Positions 44,138 through 59,600 are shown, counted from the stretch's first letter. The stretch is 64,000 bases of DNA from Bugula neritina (GCA_964035545.1 OZ037772.1:7920889-7984888), one strand, 5' to 3'. Notes: generated by a model not told the origin, from the sequence alone. Numbers and translations are program-made.

Positions 44138-47100
44138 ATGTTAACTCTGCTTGCTTGGACTTTAACTGCAGCTGTAAGTAGAACCTTATGTGAGTGTTTG
44201 CTAATCAATATATACAAGCGGTTACAAATAACTTAACATGTTATAGGTATAAGTATGAGATTATTTATGCAAACATTAAAAATATGTATATTTATATAAA
44301 CAGGAGTAGTATACTAATTGATGTAGCCAAGTCAATAAATAAGTAGGGAAAATACAATTTTGTTAGAACTCTTTGCAGTAAGAGATGATCAGTTAAAAAT
44401 AGGTTCATACAAGTTAAAACATGCTAACACATGTTCAACCATGCTATCAGACTTTCAAACAAGTTCAAACATGCCCAAACATATTTCGAAATATTCAAGC
44501 ATGCTAGTTTATTTTGCAAGTTTAAACATGCTGAAACCTGTTTACTGGTGTCTGAAAAAGCACTCAATTTTATATAAAGATGTTCAAATAATTTGACATT
44601 ATAAGTATAGTTGTATGATTCAGAGAGACATGATTCTTATGTATAAATTGAAATTTACAGGAGTAGCACGCTAAGATGTAATCTATTCAACAAATTTCTA
44701 GAAAAAATAAAATCTTCATAAAGTTTTTTGTAGTTTAATCATGCCTGTATTTGTTGGAGCATGCCCTCATCTGTTCAAACAAGTTCAGACATGTCTAAAC
44801 ATGCCCAAACATGCCCATGTGTTCTATATATGTCTAAACATGCATTGACACTTATTTACCAGTGTCTGCAGATGCACTCAATTCTATGTATGCAAGTTCA
44901 CACATTTTCTCACAGTGCACTTGTTATCAATTGTAATTCAACGTAATAGAATATGTGATCAAACATGCCCTACATGTTGATACTTTGTATGATAACTACA
45001 AGAAAAAACTTTTTGTACCATTTATCAAAGCAGTAAAATATGCTGATATATGCATTTAAACATTTACTCTAAATATTTCTTTTTGTTTATTCATATGTCA
45101 TTTTTAGATATATTTCTTATGCCGAAGCCATGCAGAATCTATATTTAAAGATAATGTCCAAGGGTCTGTACATATTATAAAAAAGAATGTTTTATGACAG
45201 CTTGTATTTTAAAAATTGAAGTGCTTAATTTAAAAACTATTGCAGTGAAAGTTCTTAGACTAAACTAGGTTCATAGGACATTACTTCATATTTTGTAATG
45301 TTTAAAAATTAACCTTAGTCTATTGCACTACAAAAATTAATAAGAAAACATTTTAATTTTAGAGCTTGTTCTGATACAAAAAGCAACTATTGTCAATTGG
45401 TAAAAATTGCAATTAATTTTATTAATTTTTTTCAGGTTTTTGTTTGGCAACAAAACTTTAATTTACAACCTAACTGCACATTATTCATCAACCAATGACT
45501 TTCCAGTGTTTACAAGCATGATAGCAGACCCATTTCACAGCGCCCAGTACTTGTTAGCAAGTCGGTGTAGCATCTACAATCTCAACACACTAGACACAAC
45601 TCTGACACTCATAGCAGGTGACAGTTCTTGTGGTTACAAAGACTCCGTGGCTACATCAGCTCTATTCAATGGCATTACTCATCTGGTTCCTTCACCAGAA
45701 GAGCCAGGCCAAATCTGGATTTTAGACTCAGACAATAATTGCATAAGAACTCTTGATCTTATTATCGTTGAAGTTCAGACATTTGCGGGACTGTGTAAAG
45801 TGATGGCGAACAGTGATGGGGTTGCAGCTGCTGCTAGATTCGGCAAGCCTGTGGCTTTGAGTGTGAATCCCAAAAATTCGTCACAATCAGTGTTATATGA
45901 CAATAAGTATTTGGTGCTGAAACATCTGTACTTTGACTCTGAGACTAATGAATGGATTGTAGAGACTTATCTAAGTTGGGAGGAAAAATGCAGAGGGTTA
46001 ACATATGATCCATCTGCCAACTATATCTACTTGGTTTACTCTACTGGGATAGGTCGGGTGAGGCTTGATAATGGAACGGTTGAGTATAATACAGGTCATA
46101 ATGGCATTGGCCAGATGGATGGTGGCGCAGACACTGCAAGTTTTTATAATGCAAGAAATATTCTGTTTCTCCAAGACAGCTTATATCTAGTAGTTGATTA
46201 TGGAAACTATAGATTAAGAATTGTAGATGCATACAATGAGACAATTTCATCTCTCTGCGTAGTTTCCAAAGTCGTAAGCCAAACTGAGACTATTTGTGTT
46301 GATGAACAGCCAACTTTTATGTCAGCACATCATACTACAGAAGATAAACTAGCTATTCTTACTGTTTCTAATGTCTACGAGTTAGATCTTACAGGTTGGG
46401 ATTGTATTATGCTAGTCACATATCTACATTTTTTGAGCATAAGCCTACATACAACTGCATCCATGGGTACTGGCGGAAACTTCAGCATAAGTAAACTTTT
46501 TAGATGGTTTTGTGCATAGTAAACAGAAACATACTAACTGATCTATTGTGCTTTGTTTCATAGGATTTTTAACTCATAATGCGGATTAGGATGTGCTATT
46601 AAAACTAGATAAATATACTACAAATAGCTTTTGACATTATTTTAAACTGTATTTTCCAGTTCTGTTAGCTTTGGAAACAAATCTTTCTACCTCAGCAGAA
46701 TTTAATGACACACTGGATCTTCTGGCTGCCAGAATACAAGCAACAGTAGACAATTTTGCTGGCAGCAAAAAAGATCATTTATTATATGGAATAACGGCAG
46801 CACTCTCGGCTTTAATAATCAGCTTAGTTGTACTTATTGTCATGTCTGGGCATAGTTGTGAGTTTAATTATTCAACAATTTTGTTTCTAATAAGCAAAGC
46901 AAATCTATTTTCTTATTTATTATTAGTTCACAACAAAAGGTTTGGCTCTTTCATTATTGTGAAAACAGGCATAACAGGAAACTTATCTAAACTATTATAA
47001 CTTCCTTTATTGAAAGCATCTAGAAAACACCCTTGAAATTTTTTTTAAAAATTGATGAATTTTGTGCACTTTCACCAACTCACTTGAAAATATTTTATAT

Positions 47101-48304
47101 GCATAACTATTTTTAATTTATCATTGAAGTTATGTTTACTGCACTAAGCTTACTAAATCTTTGTGATGACTAAGATGTTATTGTTTGATTTTTAGCAGCC
47201 AAAACCAAAAGTAAAGAAACGCTACAAAGATCTTCAAAGGCCAGTAAACATTCTTATTTATCACAGCACAGCTATTTTAAAGGTAACTATAATGTGTTTT
47301 ACATAATTTAATTAACATTTTCAGCTACCTACAATGTATTGTGTTGTAGAAATGGAGCAATCTTTATTTTATTTTGGCAAAAATTAGTTGCTCATTGCCA
47401 GTTGCTAATTGCTAATTGCTAATTGCTATAATTCAGTCCTCAGAGTCTTATTATGACTTTTTTTAACATAATCAGCCTAATATTATAGACTAAAAAATAG
47501 ACTAATAATAGACTAACAAAGTAAAATAAATGTTGGGTGTTTGAGACAAACAGTTTTCCAATGCATTCAACCAGAATTATCAGCTGCTTCTGTACTGTTG
47601 TGATATCCCACGTGCTGTAGTGGTTAGCATTCTATAGCTAGCAGTTTTGAGATCTTTATAGGTTCAACTCTTGATGGGGTAAAGGTTTCCCAACACACTT
47701 CAGTTGAGAATGTTGTGAGATATATTTCTTCTATAATAGAGACTTCAGAGACTAGTGAACTTATATAGGGACTGATTGGGTTGCAGTGGGACAAGCGAGG
47801 TTCTTGAGAACTGGGCGAAATGTTGTGTTATGAAGTACAATAGCTTTCATATTGTAATACTTGCTTGCATATTGAAGGAGTGTGGTTAGCTTCCTGGGTG
47901 GGGATAACAAGCTTTTTTGCTGTGTTATTAAATGTGCTAGAAAACATGACGTCGCTGCTAGTCGCTTATTTATTACAGGTGAGTTTGATGACATGTCTAA
48001 ACAACCTTCGCCAAACACTATTAACCAAGTATCTAAACCAAATAAAGCCAAGCCCAAAAGAAAAAGAAAAAGTAAGGTTAAAAAATTGTCGATCTTATAC
48101 CTCTAACTATTATTCTAAACAAAACATTTTTTAAAAACTATAATTTTAAAATACACTGCTTTAAAAAGTGAAAGTTATAAATTCATTATTTATATTATTT
48201 TTTTAGGAAGGTCAACAAAAAAGAAAGGTATGAAGCGGCAATCTTCAAGAAGCAAAGTTCGAAGGTCACAATATAAGAGACAAACTCCCAACACAGCAAA
48301 ATAA
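44138..48304 (+). CDS. Gene J: type I membrane NHL-propeller receptor with long basic tail, ~508 aa
   Basis: Exons 44138-44173 (MLTLLAWTLTAA), 45108-45163, 45436-46394 (propeller), 46660-46857 (TM), 47196-47282, 47979-48071, 48207-48304. Total 1527 nt, in frame. Confidence 0.84.
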
Positions 48305-48519
48305 CATTTATATCTGGAAAATAAGACAACTCTAAAGTCGCCTACAAAATTCAAGCACAGATTTTTGAATATTTTTTGTACTATTTTTTAGGTTTGTTAA
48401 AAATTAAATTGTGTATTCACAATTAGCATTAATGTTTTTATAATCATAAAAATGATAAAAATGATTATATAAATTGTTAAAAAAACTAAAAATGTTTTTT
48501 TTTTTCAATTAAAAAGATA

Positions 48520-51500
48520 TCATTTCTTGGATCGCCTTTTATTTTTTTTGCGTTTCTTGTGAGAACCTCGGCTAGAAAAGCTTGGACTTCCTAAAACAAA
48601 CATTTATCAATATATTTTTATTATAACTCAATAGTATAAACTGAGCAACATTAAAATAGCATTACAACAGTGCTAATACTACATATCAGTATAAGCAACA
48701 TTGCTGTAATTTTACCAACATTACTGTAGTGGTAAGTTCTAAAATTATAATTCAGTTAAATAAACCATTGCCAAGCTCTACATTTAAAACTTACCATGCC
48801 TATGACCTAGACTTCCACTAGCAATAGACGGTGGTCGTCTTTTATAAATATCTAAAATTTAAAATGTTAAAAATTAGCTGCTTTCAGAAAAAAAAAGAAT
48901 GTTCAAATTTTAGCGGTAGAGATATTAGCTGCAATTTCATTTTAATTGATAGTTGCAATATCATGTAAATTTATGTTTTATCATGTAGTATGCTGGTTTT
49001 TATGTCATGGTAATTTTAATCTCCGTATGATTAAACGCATATTTCAGAAAGTAAACATAAGCATTCGATAAATTCAAATGCACCAATTTCCTTTTATGCC
49101 AAAATTACAAATTAAAATTCTATGTGACAACTTCAACATTGAATGACAAAATAAAAATAAAACATCTTGAGAGAACTAATATATAATATTTTTTTAAAAT
49201 AGCAAAACCATGGTTAGCCTGTGTTTCATGATAATTAATTGTTTTGGAAATATGCAAACGCATAAACTAAATCGTAAATAAGATTGGGAACTGAATGAAT
49301 TCAAAGGCTAGCTTTGACCTACTATAAGCATAATGTAATTTATGACTTTTCATTGCTTGCTGCTATAAAATATACCAGAAATGGGAAGCAGCCGTGGTCT
49401 AGGGGTTAAAGGGTTTGGCTTAGTAATTATGAAGTCATTGGTTTAGGCCCACGAAAAACCACCGGTGGTGTTAGGAAAAGCACCCAGTCACAATTGCTCT
49501 TTTGCTACATCTGAATAAGTCCTTACTTAGCTCAATTTAAAAAGATTTAGCATCAGGGGTTTTTCACAGGGATAGTCACCTTTGGTTACCTTTCACCGCG
49601 GTTATTGTGTGCTGGAGTGACTGTAAACTTGCGAGAGTTTTTTATAATGCACGAGAAATACAAGCTAATTATTTCTGAAATAAAAGATGTCCCTTGGTGG
49701 TTTGGAAAATCTTACTGGGTGGTCATATATACAAACATTACTATGTGGCCATATATATAAGACTCACTAGGTGGTCATATATACAACAACATTACTATGT
49801 GGTCACAATATAATATACAAAACTTACTTGGTGGTCTGCTGGTAAAGTATACAACTACAAAAATAATGAATAAACAGGCCAGGCCAATTCCTCCATATAA
49901 ATAAGAGCTTTGACTAGAGGAGTTATCTGACAACCCAGAAAGATCTGTCGTGTTTGTAGAGTTTCCAATCCAATCTGTTGTACTCAGTAACATGGTTGTC
50001 TCAAACACTCCATTTCTTGTCGTCTTTTTTATGGTTGGATTTGGTGCCTTAGTGGTGCGTTTCGTTGTTGTCGGCTTTTTAGTAGTAGTAGTAGTAGTAG
50101 TTGTTGGTGTAGTAGTTGTGGTTGTTGTTGTAGTAGTTGTAGTTGTTGTTGTAGTAGTTGTGGTTGTTGTTGTAGTAGTTGTGGTTGTAGTAATTTCTAA
50201 ACAAAAGTAGTTACAAATCAAAATAATCCTTATACAACTTTTACTATAAAAAACACCTACTCGAAAGTTTTTTGTTATTGATTTGCAGTTCACAACTCAA
50301 TAAAATAATTAATTATAAAACTTTCACATACTTGAATAGCCAATGTGGTAGATATAGTTTCCTGTTACTACGTATAGTCCGCCATCTTTTCGTGTACTAA
50401 CTGTAATTGAGCGTGGTTTCTTCATGTGGCAATAGTTGATTGGACCAGGTACAAAAAGTTCAGCATGCTCAGTCTGATACCGGCAAATGGAATAAACGTT
50501 TCTGGTAGAGATGTCAAACACCCGGATTATTGAGTTGGTATAATCAGCTATCACAAACAAATCATCTGTTATAAAAGCAAGGTCTAATAATAAAGAAGCT
50601 GAAGCATCGGCAAATGGACCGTCATTGTACCCATAGTCCGGTTCTATGATAAGAAACTCTGTCTTGTTGGTCTTCATGTTAATTCTTTCAATACTTTTTT
50701 CATATGCCATGTACAAATAGTTAGCAGATAAATCAAACGCCATCCCCCTAGTGTCTAGCTTCCAATCTTTTGCTGTAGCAAGGAACCAAAAGTCATACGC
50801 CCCATTGTCAGTAAAATGCCAGATGTGTTTGAGTTTTCTCTGCCCTGTGTCATAGAAATAGAATTTCTGGCAGGTGCGTTCAGTGCAACTGGTCTTGTAA
50901 TGAATCAAATAATCTGGACTCCTTAAAAGGGAATTCTTCATTGTTCCATCTTTCTCGCCAGCTTTTCCACAATTGAACATGAACCTACGGTTGGTTGAAT
51001 TAGTCGTTCTGTCAAACTCTCGGAAACAGTGGTTTCCGGAATCTGTCAACCACAAAAGAGAAGCGTTGTCTGGTGACTGGATGGCACCAGTCAAGACACT
51101 GAATCTTGGATCCTTGCCATCTCTGTGTCGACAGTCACCTTCTTTACCTCCAAGGTGATCCAGGCGATCTATCAGTGGGTTGTATGTATACAATGCACAC
51201 CTAGTCGTAATGAGATAATTGCCGTTTATCTGTGGATCTGGTTTAATTGAATGCATGACAGGCGTATCACTGACTATATTTAAATGTCTTAGAAGTTTCA
51301 AAGAACCAAATTCATATCTAAAAATAAATTTAAAAAAGATTGTTTTTAATAGCATCTATGTTATAGAATTTATATTTATTGATGTACTACTGTGAGTCAA
51401 ATGAAGATTAATTGTTTTTGACATTTTTTGTGTTTTGTATTCTGTATAAAATTTCAAATTGTATAATTTTCCAATTCTTTGCGGTTACTAGAGCTTGAAA

Positions 51501-52265
51501 TATGCATGTTTTTATAATTGCAAAAATATAAATGCAAATAATTTTAGCTACAATTTAAAACATAAAATAAACACAATAAAATATTTAAAACTTAGTTTTG
51601 TAACTACTGTTAATCAAATAGAAACTACTTATAAATAAGATTAGTTTAATAATATAAAGTTATAGGTTTATTACATAAAATAAAAAAGTATCTTGGTATT
51701 TAACTCTGCAATAATTTAAGCTTACCCCTGAATTTTTGTCTTAAAGATTTGCCTGTCTTGTGCAAAGCAAACTGCAGAAAACATCTACAGGTCAAATATT
51801 TTTATATATTAGATAAAAAACACAATAAAATATTTTAGGAAGTATATTTACTAAAACAGAGACATCATATAAGACACATTCTATTCTTTTCAATTTAGTT
51901 TATGTTTATAAATTTAGGCAATATACTATTTTTATGCAGATTTTGCAAAATCCTACTTTAAATATACTCATACTATGCACTTTAAAAGATTTTTTTTTAT
52001 TAATAATACCCATAGTTTTACCATGCAGTTACTTTGGTAGGTAAAGGTTTTACAGAGATGACTATATAAAAGTTCATGATAAAAAGTTATACAATTATAT
52101 ATTCTCAAATTGAGAAATATTTAACAACAAAGTATGTGCTCAAACATAAAAATTTATTATTTTATATATAACATATATTTTTTAAATGATCAAGAAATAC
52201 ATAATCAGAGTTGTGAATCTTACTTGAGTTATGCACAGTGCCAAGGACATCACAGGTGTAATCAT
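48520..52265 (-). CDS. Gene K: type I membrane NHL-propeller receptor with poly-Thr stalk, ~527 aa
   Basis: Exons 52265-52224 (MITPVMSLALCITQ), 51784-51726 (59 nt), 51317-50332 (propeller), 50196-49828 (poly-T stalk + TM), 48851-48795, 48590-48520 (HKKRKKNKRRSKK*). Total 1584 nt, in frame. Confidence 0.87.
49383..49638 (+). mobile_element. tRNA-Thr-derived SINE
   Basis: GGGAAGCAGCCGTGGTCTAGGGGTTA..TAGTAA..GGTGTTAGGAAAAGCACCCAGTCA..AAACTTGCGAGAG. Confidence 0.82.
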
Positions 52266-53637
52266 TTTGTTTTGATGACTTATCAGATTGTAAGAAAGCT
52301 TTTTTAATCAATTTTGCTTAATATATTAGTTTGATTTATTTGTAAAAACAAGAATTATTTTTTGTAGTTATGAAAGGAGATTTTAAATCATTCAAGTAAA
52401 ATATTTTTTTAATATTTTGAATTTTTGTCAAATATTTTCAAATAAAGAGCACCTATGATTTATAAATAAATTAGCTGGAAAAATAAATTAGTAATAATTA
52501 ATTTAATTGGATTATAACAAAAAGTTGAACTATCACTTACATTTTGTATACGTTTTAACATAATGGAAGTCATAAACTATTTATTAAGTTTTTTATTTTT
52601 ATTATTTACTTGAACATTGTTATAAATGCAGGTTCAAATTGAACAATAAAAATGCAAAAACACAATATATTTATGCGATTGGGACTACAATCAAGTCTAA
52701 AATTGGTATTGCAAGATCTTTAGTATGTTGTGTTTTTTGAAGATTCTACAAAATCTATTTTGAGTATATTGCTGCATAATTATGATGGCAGAAAAATAAT
52801 TAATTGTGTTAGTAATTAGAAACCTAGGCAATGAATGTCACACACATCAAGTTTTAGTCTTCAAGTTTTAGTTTTGCCATAAACACAGCTGGTGTACTGT
52901 TAAAATTATGTAATAGAGTTTTGTAGTCATATTGAGTGCACCAAGTACAAGATAGCCAAACAAAGGTTGTTAGTGCAAAGCTATTAGAAAAGCTACCAAT
53001 TATAAAAGCTTTTCTTTCCAATACTCCTTCAAGTTTTGCTCTATAAATAAAAGCTAGTAGTAAGGCCTCCTAGTCAGATCATTCAAAGAAGGAGCTGGAA
53101 TATCGCCAGGTGCTAATATTTTACAGAGTTGAGGTAAGCTCATACCTGAATTTCTAAGCGTGCATATTTTAGTAGTAAAATATTTGAATTAGTTATAATT
53201 TGCAAATATCAATTTTTATAAAAGACTTTGATAATTTTAAACAATTTGGTAGCTAAATGGTACAATACATAAATAATTATTAATTGTATATGTTAAAAAA
53301 TGTGTTAAAAATTACCTAATTAGTGCGTCATTCAGCATTTTAAGATTGACAATTTTACATAATTCAGAATTTAATTGTATAATTTGATAGGCTAATAATT
53401 TTTAATAAGGTTTGCTGTTTTTGATGAGCCAGCTCATGCATTTACAAACAATAAATAAATCATTGCAATATACTTGTCAAGCCACATTTAATGAAGAGAA
53501 GAGCAACTCACAGTAATAAAAATATTCTGTTGCTGTACATCGTTGCAATCTTAGCTCAAGTTATGAGCACATTAAATAATAAAGTAAATATTTCAGAATT
53601 CTTCGATGTGTTGTAGAGGCAGTAAACAATTTGAGTC

Positions 53638-56600
53638 ATGTCCACTCATCCTTCTATTCCTAAAAAGGATTTCCTAATCAGAGCACTGAGACCAGAAGTT
53701 GTGTTCGTTATGTTTGCATACAAGAGGTAAGTTTCTAAACTGGCATCGTTTGTAAGGTTACTTAATAACAGAATGCTATCTGATGACTTATAAAAAGAAA
53801 TAGTTTTTATAGCTTGTTTTTAGTTACTTTATAATTTTTACATTTCGCTAGTAAAATTATTGTTTTCGGTATTATTAAGTAGCAATCAGTCATTTTTTAC
53901 CTGATAGCATAAAGACAATTTACTTTCACTACTTATAGTTAGCTTAGGAGAGCTGTTTTGGTCATATAAATATGCCAATCTAGCCATATAAACTCATGAA
54001 AGTTTATATTAACCATCCTTGTGAGAAAAACCCCTGATGGAAGGGGTTTTTGTTAAATGGGGCTAAGTACTTATTAAGATGAGGCACAGAATTAATTATA
54101 ACTGAATGCTTTTCCTAACATCACCAATGGCCTTTGTCTGAGCTCGAACCCATGACCTTCGTGCTTACTATTACTAGGCAGACGCTCTAACCCCTAGACC
54201 ACGGCTGCTCCCTCCAATATGCCCATATAACTTTATATCCTAAACTGAGATAAGTCTATGGAACACTTACAATAGTGGACGTAGGAGTAGCTCAGAATAT
54301 CATTGACAAATAACACAAACAACTCTAGGCTCATCTGTTCATGTGAAAAATAATTGGCCCCTACTGGGATTCAAACCACAGACCTCCGGCTTGCCAGCAG
54401 GCAAGCTTACCAATTGCACCACAGGGGCTGCTGGGTTAACACACCGCTACATCTCACCCAGTTCTCTGAACTCCACTGGCCTCTCTACTACTCCTTCAGT
54501 TATCAAGCTCTCCTGGCCACTCAACTCCCTCAGATTACTACTACACTTTACAGTTCCTTTCATTGTGTAATCATTTGTCTTAGCTCACATTAATTGTACA
54601 TGTAGCTCTCCTTCCCATTCCAAGGACCTCTGGCTATAATGTATGAAACTGGGTATTCAGTTGCAGCAATCATTCTACTGAAAGCTTCTTTTGCAGTAAA
54701 GCAAACTATACTGATTAGTTGGAGTTGTGTTCTTAACAAGTGGATAGAGAATTAAAAATTGTAGTAGTAAATACCTTGACATTTGAACTTGGTAGAATCC
54801 TACTGTTTTAGTTTATCTGAAGGAGTCGAGGATGAGGTTAAAAAAGATTTTCGAGAAATAACAGGAGTAACGGAAGATCTTTGCAAAGTATCCATCTATA
54901 ACTTTGTGGACTTGGAAAGTTAGTTTTATTTCATTTTATTTATTTTTTGTTTATGCAATACCCCTATTGAAACACGCTCCACCATTAAATTTAAGCTCAA
55001 ATACATTATAATTAAATTCCCAGCCTAAAGGATATAATGTGACACTGTATGTAGGTTCAATCACCATCTTAATATAGTAATGCATGTTTTAGTGCAAAAA
55101 CTTGTTTATTTTTTTTAATTATTGAGCATAGCTGTTTTCTAGTTTGTTATATTTCTTTCTATAATCTGATGATTCATCAACTGCAAAAACAGAATAAAAC
55201 TTGAGTGTTAGTCTCAGGGTTGGGGTAATTGTAATTTGTAATTGTAATTGGCTGTAATTAATTACATTTTTTTAAGTAATTGAATGTAATTTGTAATTGA
55301 GGTTTAAAAATGTAATTGTAATTGTAATTGTAATTAATTACATATCTAATGTAATTGATTTTTACAATTACTTTATAATTACATGTCAATTACTTCAAAC
55401 TTTTAAATCTTAAAAAACTCCTTCTTTTTCTACAATGCCTACTGTTAAATAACAAGTTCAGATAGTTTGGTCAATATAGCATAGGGTCATTCCATGCTAA
55501 CTCACCGAATTGCCCGCGTCTATTTGCGTCTCCGATTTTGTTCATGTTTACACCAAATAGACCTACACATGCCTCAAGTACTCTTCTACAGTATTTCTGA
55601 CCTGACACAAATTTCTTTTGAGAACTGACTATTTTTGTAGACAAAGGTTGAGAAACATTTTGAGGAAAATTTGTGATTTCTACTTTTAGACTAATCTATA
55701 AACGTCTATATCTCAATCATTTTTCTAGACTGAGCTTTAAAATTTGCTGTGTGATTTGACAATACCTATCAATTTGCACTAGTAGCAACACATACTATAT
55801 ACAGAATACTTTGTGTGCATATATGCAAAGTCATTGAATATGAACAAATCTTTGTAAATTTGGAAAAATTTTAAATACTCGCCTAATCAAATTTTAAATT
55901 ACTTATAAATTGGTCTAAAAGTGTAAATCACAAATTTTCCTCCAAATATTTTCCAACCTTTGTTCACCAAAGTAGTAATTTCTCAAAATGTTTTTGTGTC
56001 CGGCCAGAAATATTCACGAATGGTAATCTGAACATGTGTAGGTTCATTTAGTGTAAATATGAGCAAAATCTGAGACACAAAGACGTGGGACCCCTTGAAA
56101 GTTGGTTGATTTGGTATGGAATGACCCTATAGTATCACTGTAGAAAATAAAAGAGGTTCACCACTGTCAACACTGCCCCTGGTAGTTAGACCCTAGAAGT
56201 GACTTCTATTTATTTCTTGTGAGAACAAAAGTAATTGTAATTGTAATTAATTACATTGCCATGTAATTGTAATTGTAATTAATTACATTTATTTTTAACT
56301 GTAATTATAATTGTAATTGTAATTGACAAATCTTCATGTAATTGTAATTGTAATTAATTACATTTACATGTAATTGACCCCAACCCTGGTTAGTCTATAA
56401 TAAAAAAAAAAAATTTTTCTCACGGATTTGGTCTTTCAACGTTCCCAATTGAGTGGTAAAGCTAGTGTTAATATCTATTTAAATGTATCTTTATTAGCTA
56501 GCAATTTAATTATGAATAAGTATATGAGAAACATTGCGGTTTTATTACTTTGCCTAATAAAGTAATAAAACAACAATGCTTCTTATATAGTACTAATAAT

Positions 56601-59600
56601 ATCTATTTGTGTAGTATTGAAAATACTCAGTAATCCTTCTGGAGTAATGGTCAGTGTGCAAGCTTGTAAGCCAAAGGTCTGTGGTTCGAATCCGGGTGAA
56701 GGAAATATTTTACAGTTTGCTTACATATTGACTAGAATTCTATAGCAGCTGTATATCTTGCAGTTGAAAAACACAGAAGTCAACCAATGTACTCCATACT
56801 GGTTGATAATTTTCTGGAAGAGCTTCCATTGTCTCTGCAAACAGCACAGATAGAGTTCAAGCTGCAGGTGTTAATCATTCAGAACTTCTATAATGCCAAG
56901 ACACAGGAATTTTCTGGAGAATCTCTTTGGATGGTATAGAATTTAATTAATTAATTTAAAATTAATTAATTAATTTAATTTAAATTAATTTAATTGAATT
57001 AATTTAATTTAATAGCTAAAATTTTACTCAATTCAGCACTCATTATAATATATATAATAGTTTTAAGCTGTTTTTCACAATTGAGTTGCTAATGTATGCA
57101 AATCCTTGCAGCAAAATGATAAAATAATAACAAATACAAAATGGTTAATATTTCATCATTTTAATGCAAGAAAATGTATACATTATCTGCTAAATTGGAA
57201 AAGTTAGCTAGAAACTAGTACATGTGCACTAAGTTAAGTAAACTGACCCTGCTAAGATTTTCAACATGCTGAGTTAAATTTACAACTATAGACTAACTCT
57301 TATAGCAACTCTACAAATATTTAAAACTGAAATGCTACAAAAAATTGCAATTTCAGGTCTAAATCGTCTTTTAAACCAAAGACAGGCAGATAATTTTAGA
57401 ATGAGAAAGAAATTAGCAAGAGTTTAAATATATGGTTTGTGATGCTTAGCCTTTTCAATACAAACTCTAACTTTTGCTGTTTGAAATGTTTAAAAATTAA
57501 TTCAAGTACTTAGCAAAGTCATCTCATATATCGTATATCTTATCATGTTACCTTACCATTCTCTGCTTCTTTAGGTGCTGGTAGTGGTTGGAGACCTGGT
57601 AAACACGTACTTGTTACATCAGAACGTGACAAAAGCCTACGCACTGCTCACAAGGGCTTGTCAACTTATCCAGAAACTCTGCTCTACTCTCACTCAGCAA
57701 ATTGTTAGCAACTATTTTGTATTTTAGCTGCACTCTGCTTAACACTCTGGTAGAATTAGGCATCTTAATAAATAATACAAGATCTGCAGCAATATACTTG
57801 TGACATATATTGTACATGATAGGACTATATTGTATATCAAACAATGTGTATATTAGATTTACTATTTTTTTTAAATTTAATTTGCCTGCTTTTTTAAATA
57901 CATTATGTATATAATTGTGCATGCTGCGTCTGTTTGCGTGCATGTGTGAGTGTGTGCATGCGCGAAGGCTTGCGTCTGTGTGTGAATGTATACTTGTGTG
58001 TGCTTGTATGTGTGTGTGTGTGTGTGTGAGTGTGGGTGTGTATGTGAGTGTGGGTGTGTGTGTGTATGTGTAGGTGCGCACTCGCTGTTTAACAATTTCT
58101 AATACCAAATTAAGTATGGGACAGTTTTTATTTATTTTTTCAACTTTACTCAAAATATCTCTAGAGTTAAAAGTATGGCTGAATTTTAAATTCTCTCAAA
58201 TCAAAGATAAACATGACATTTCTGAACTCTTTTCAAAATCAACTAAAAATTTTAACTTTCTTTTAGATGCAGAAAGTAAGACTCCATTTGAAAGCTACTG
58301 AGTCTTCTTCTTTAACCACAACCTCACCATCTCCCCAGCAGAGTTCTACAGAGCAATCAAGTTCAACCAATCACATCGCTTCTGTAACATCCGATGGCTT
58401 AGAGTCAAAGATTGCAACAACGGTAAGTTCCTCATTTCTGAATTTAATGGCTTCTCTTTTCTGTAAGGTATTAAATTGTTCGGAATGTTCTAGAGTTCTG
58501 GGCGAGATGAAAAGGCAGTGGTCCCATCTACAGCCCACCAACGAATATCTAGGAGAAGGCGGCAAGAAGCTCTTGCATTCAAATCTCAGTTTCACGTTGT
58601 GGCCTCATCACCTGACACACTCCACTATAAGAATGGAAAGGAAATGATTTACTCTGCAATGATGATGTTCAGTGAGGCTGGGTTGGTGCTTTTACTGCTT
58701 CCAAGATATTGTTATTAGAGTGATAACTCACGCAAGTTTATATTCACTATCCCTGTGAGAAACCCCTGATAGAAGGAGTTGTTGGTAAATTGGGCTATTC
58801 AGATGTTGCACATGAACAATTATGACTGGATGCTCTTCCTAACATCACTAATGGCCTTTTTCAGGGTTTGAACCCATGACTTTATGCTTACTAGGCAAAC
58901 ATTCTAACCCCTAGACCCGGCTGCTCTCTATCATTGCTGTAGTAGTATTAGTAATATCATAATGTGGAATATTTTATAAGTATTTCTGTTGATATCTATA
59001 TTTTTATTGCTGTTGCTAATGAAAGCTACTGCTGTTATAATAATATAAGTAATATGTAATAACTTATATTACTATACGCTAGCTATAATGCTATGTTATA
59101 GTCAGTATATTATAAACTCGCTAGTGCTATGTTATTGTCAATATATTATAAACTAGCTAGTGCTATAGTGCTATGTTATAGTCAATAAAATATTATTAGG
59201 ATTGTTATGCTGTTATTAGGTTATCATTGCCAATATTCATTTTTATGCTCTTATTGTTATATTTTTTGTATTTCTTTGTTGTTTATAAAGTAACTATATT
59301 AATATAAATATTACATTATTCTTTCTATTTTATAACTATTGCTAATATTACTATGATAACGTTGCAATTACTTTAGAATTATAATCTGTATACGAAATCA
59401 TGTGATATGATTGATGGTTTGATTTTTCTGTCTATTGCCAGAGATTTCTTGGAAAGCCAAAGTCTAGAAAATATGGGTTACAGCAGTTTGCAAAGACGCA
59501 TTGGAATCATTCTGCATGAATATGGTATAAGCTCAAAAATGGCGCATAAGGGCACAGATTTAGTTACTACTTTTAAAATATTCCACATTATTATTCATTG

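Noticed and set aside
44296-44940. Imperfect ~300-bp duplication with short ORFs in gene J intron 1
   Set aside because: A degenerate AAACATG-rich repeat with no splice-compatible coding signal.
47605-47690. Degenerate tRNA-like sequence
   Set aside because: Only box-like remnants remain and no cloverleaf can be folded; probably a decayed repeat.
57614-58153. 179-aa minus-strand ORF
   Set aside because: It runs through a GT-rich microsatellite in an intron of gene L and has no recognisable domain.
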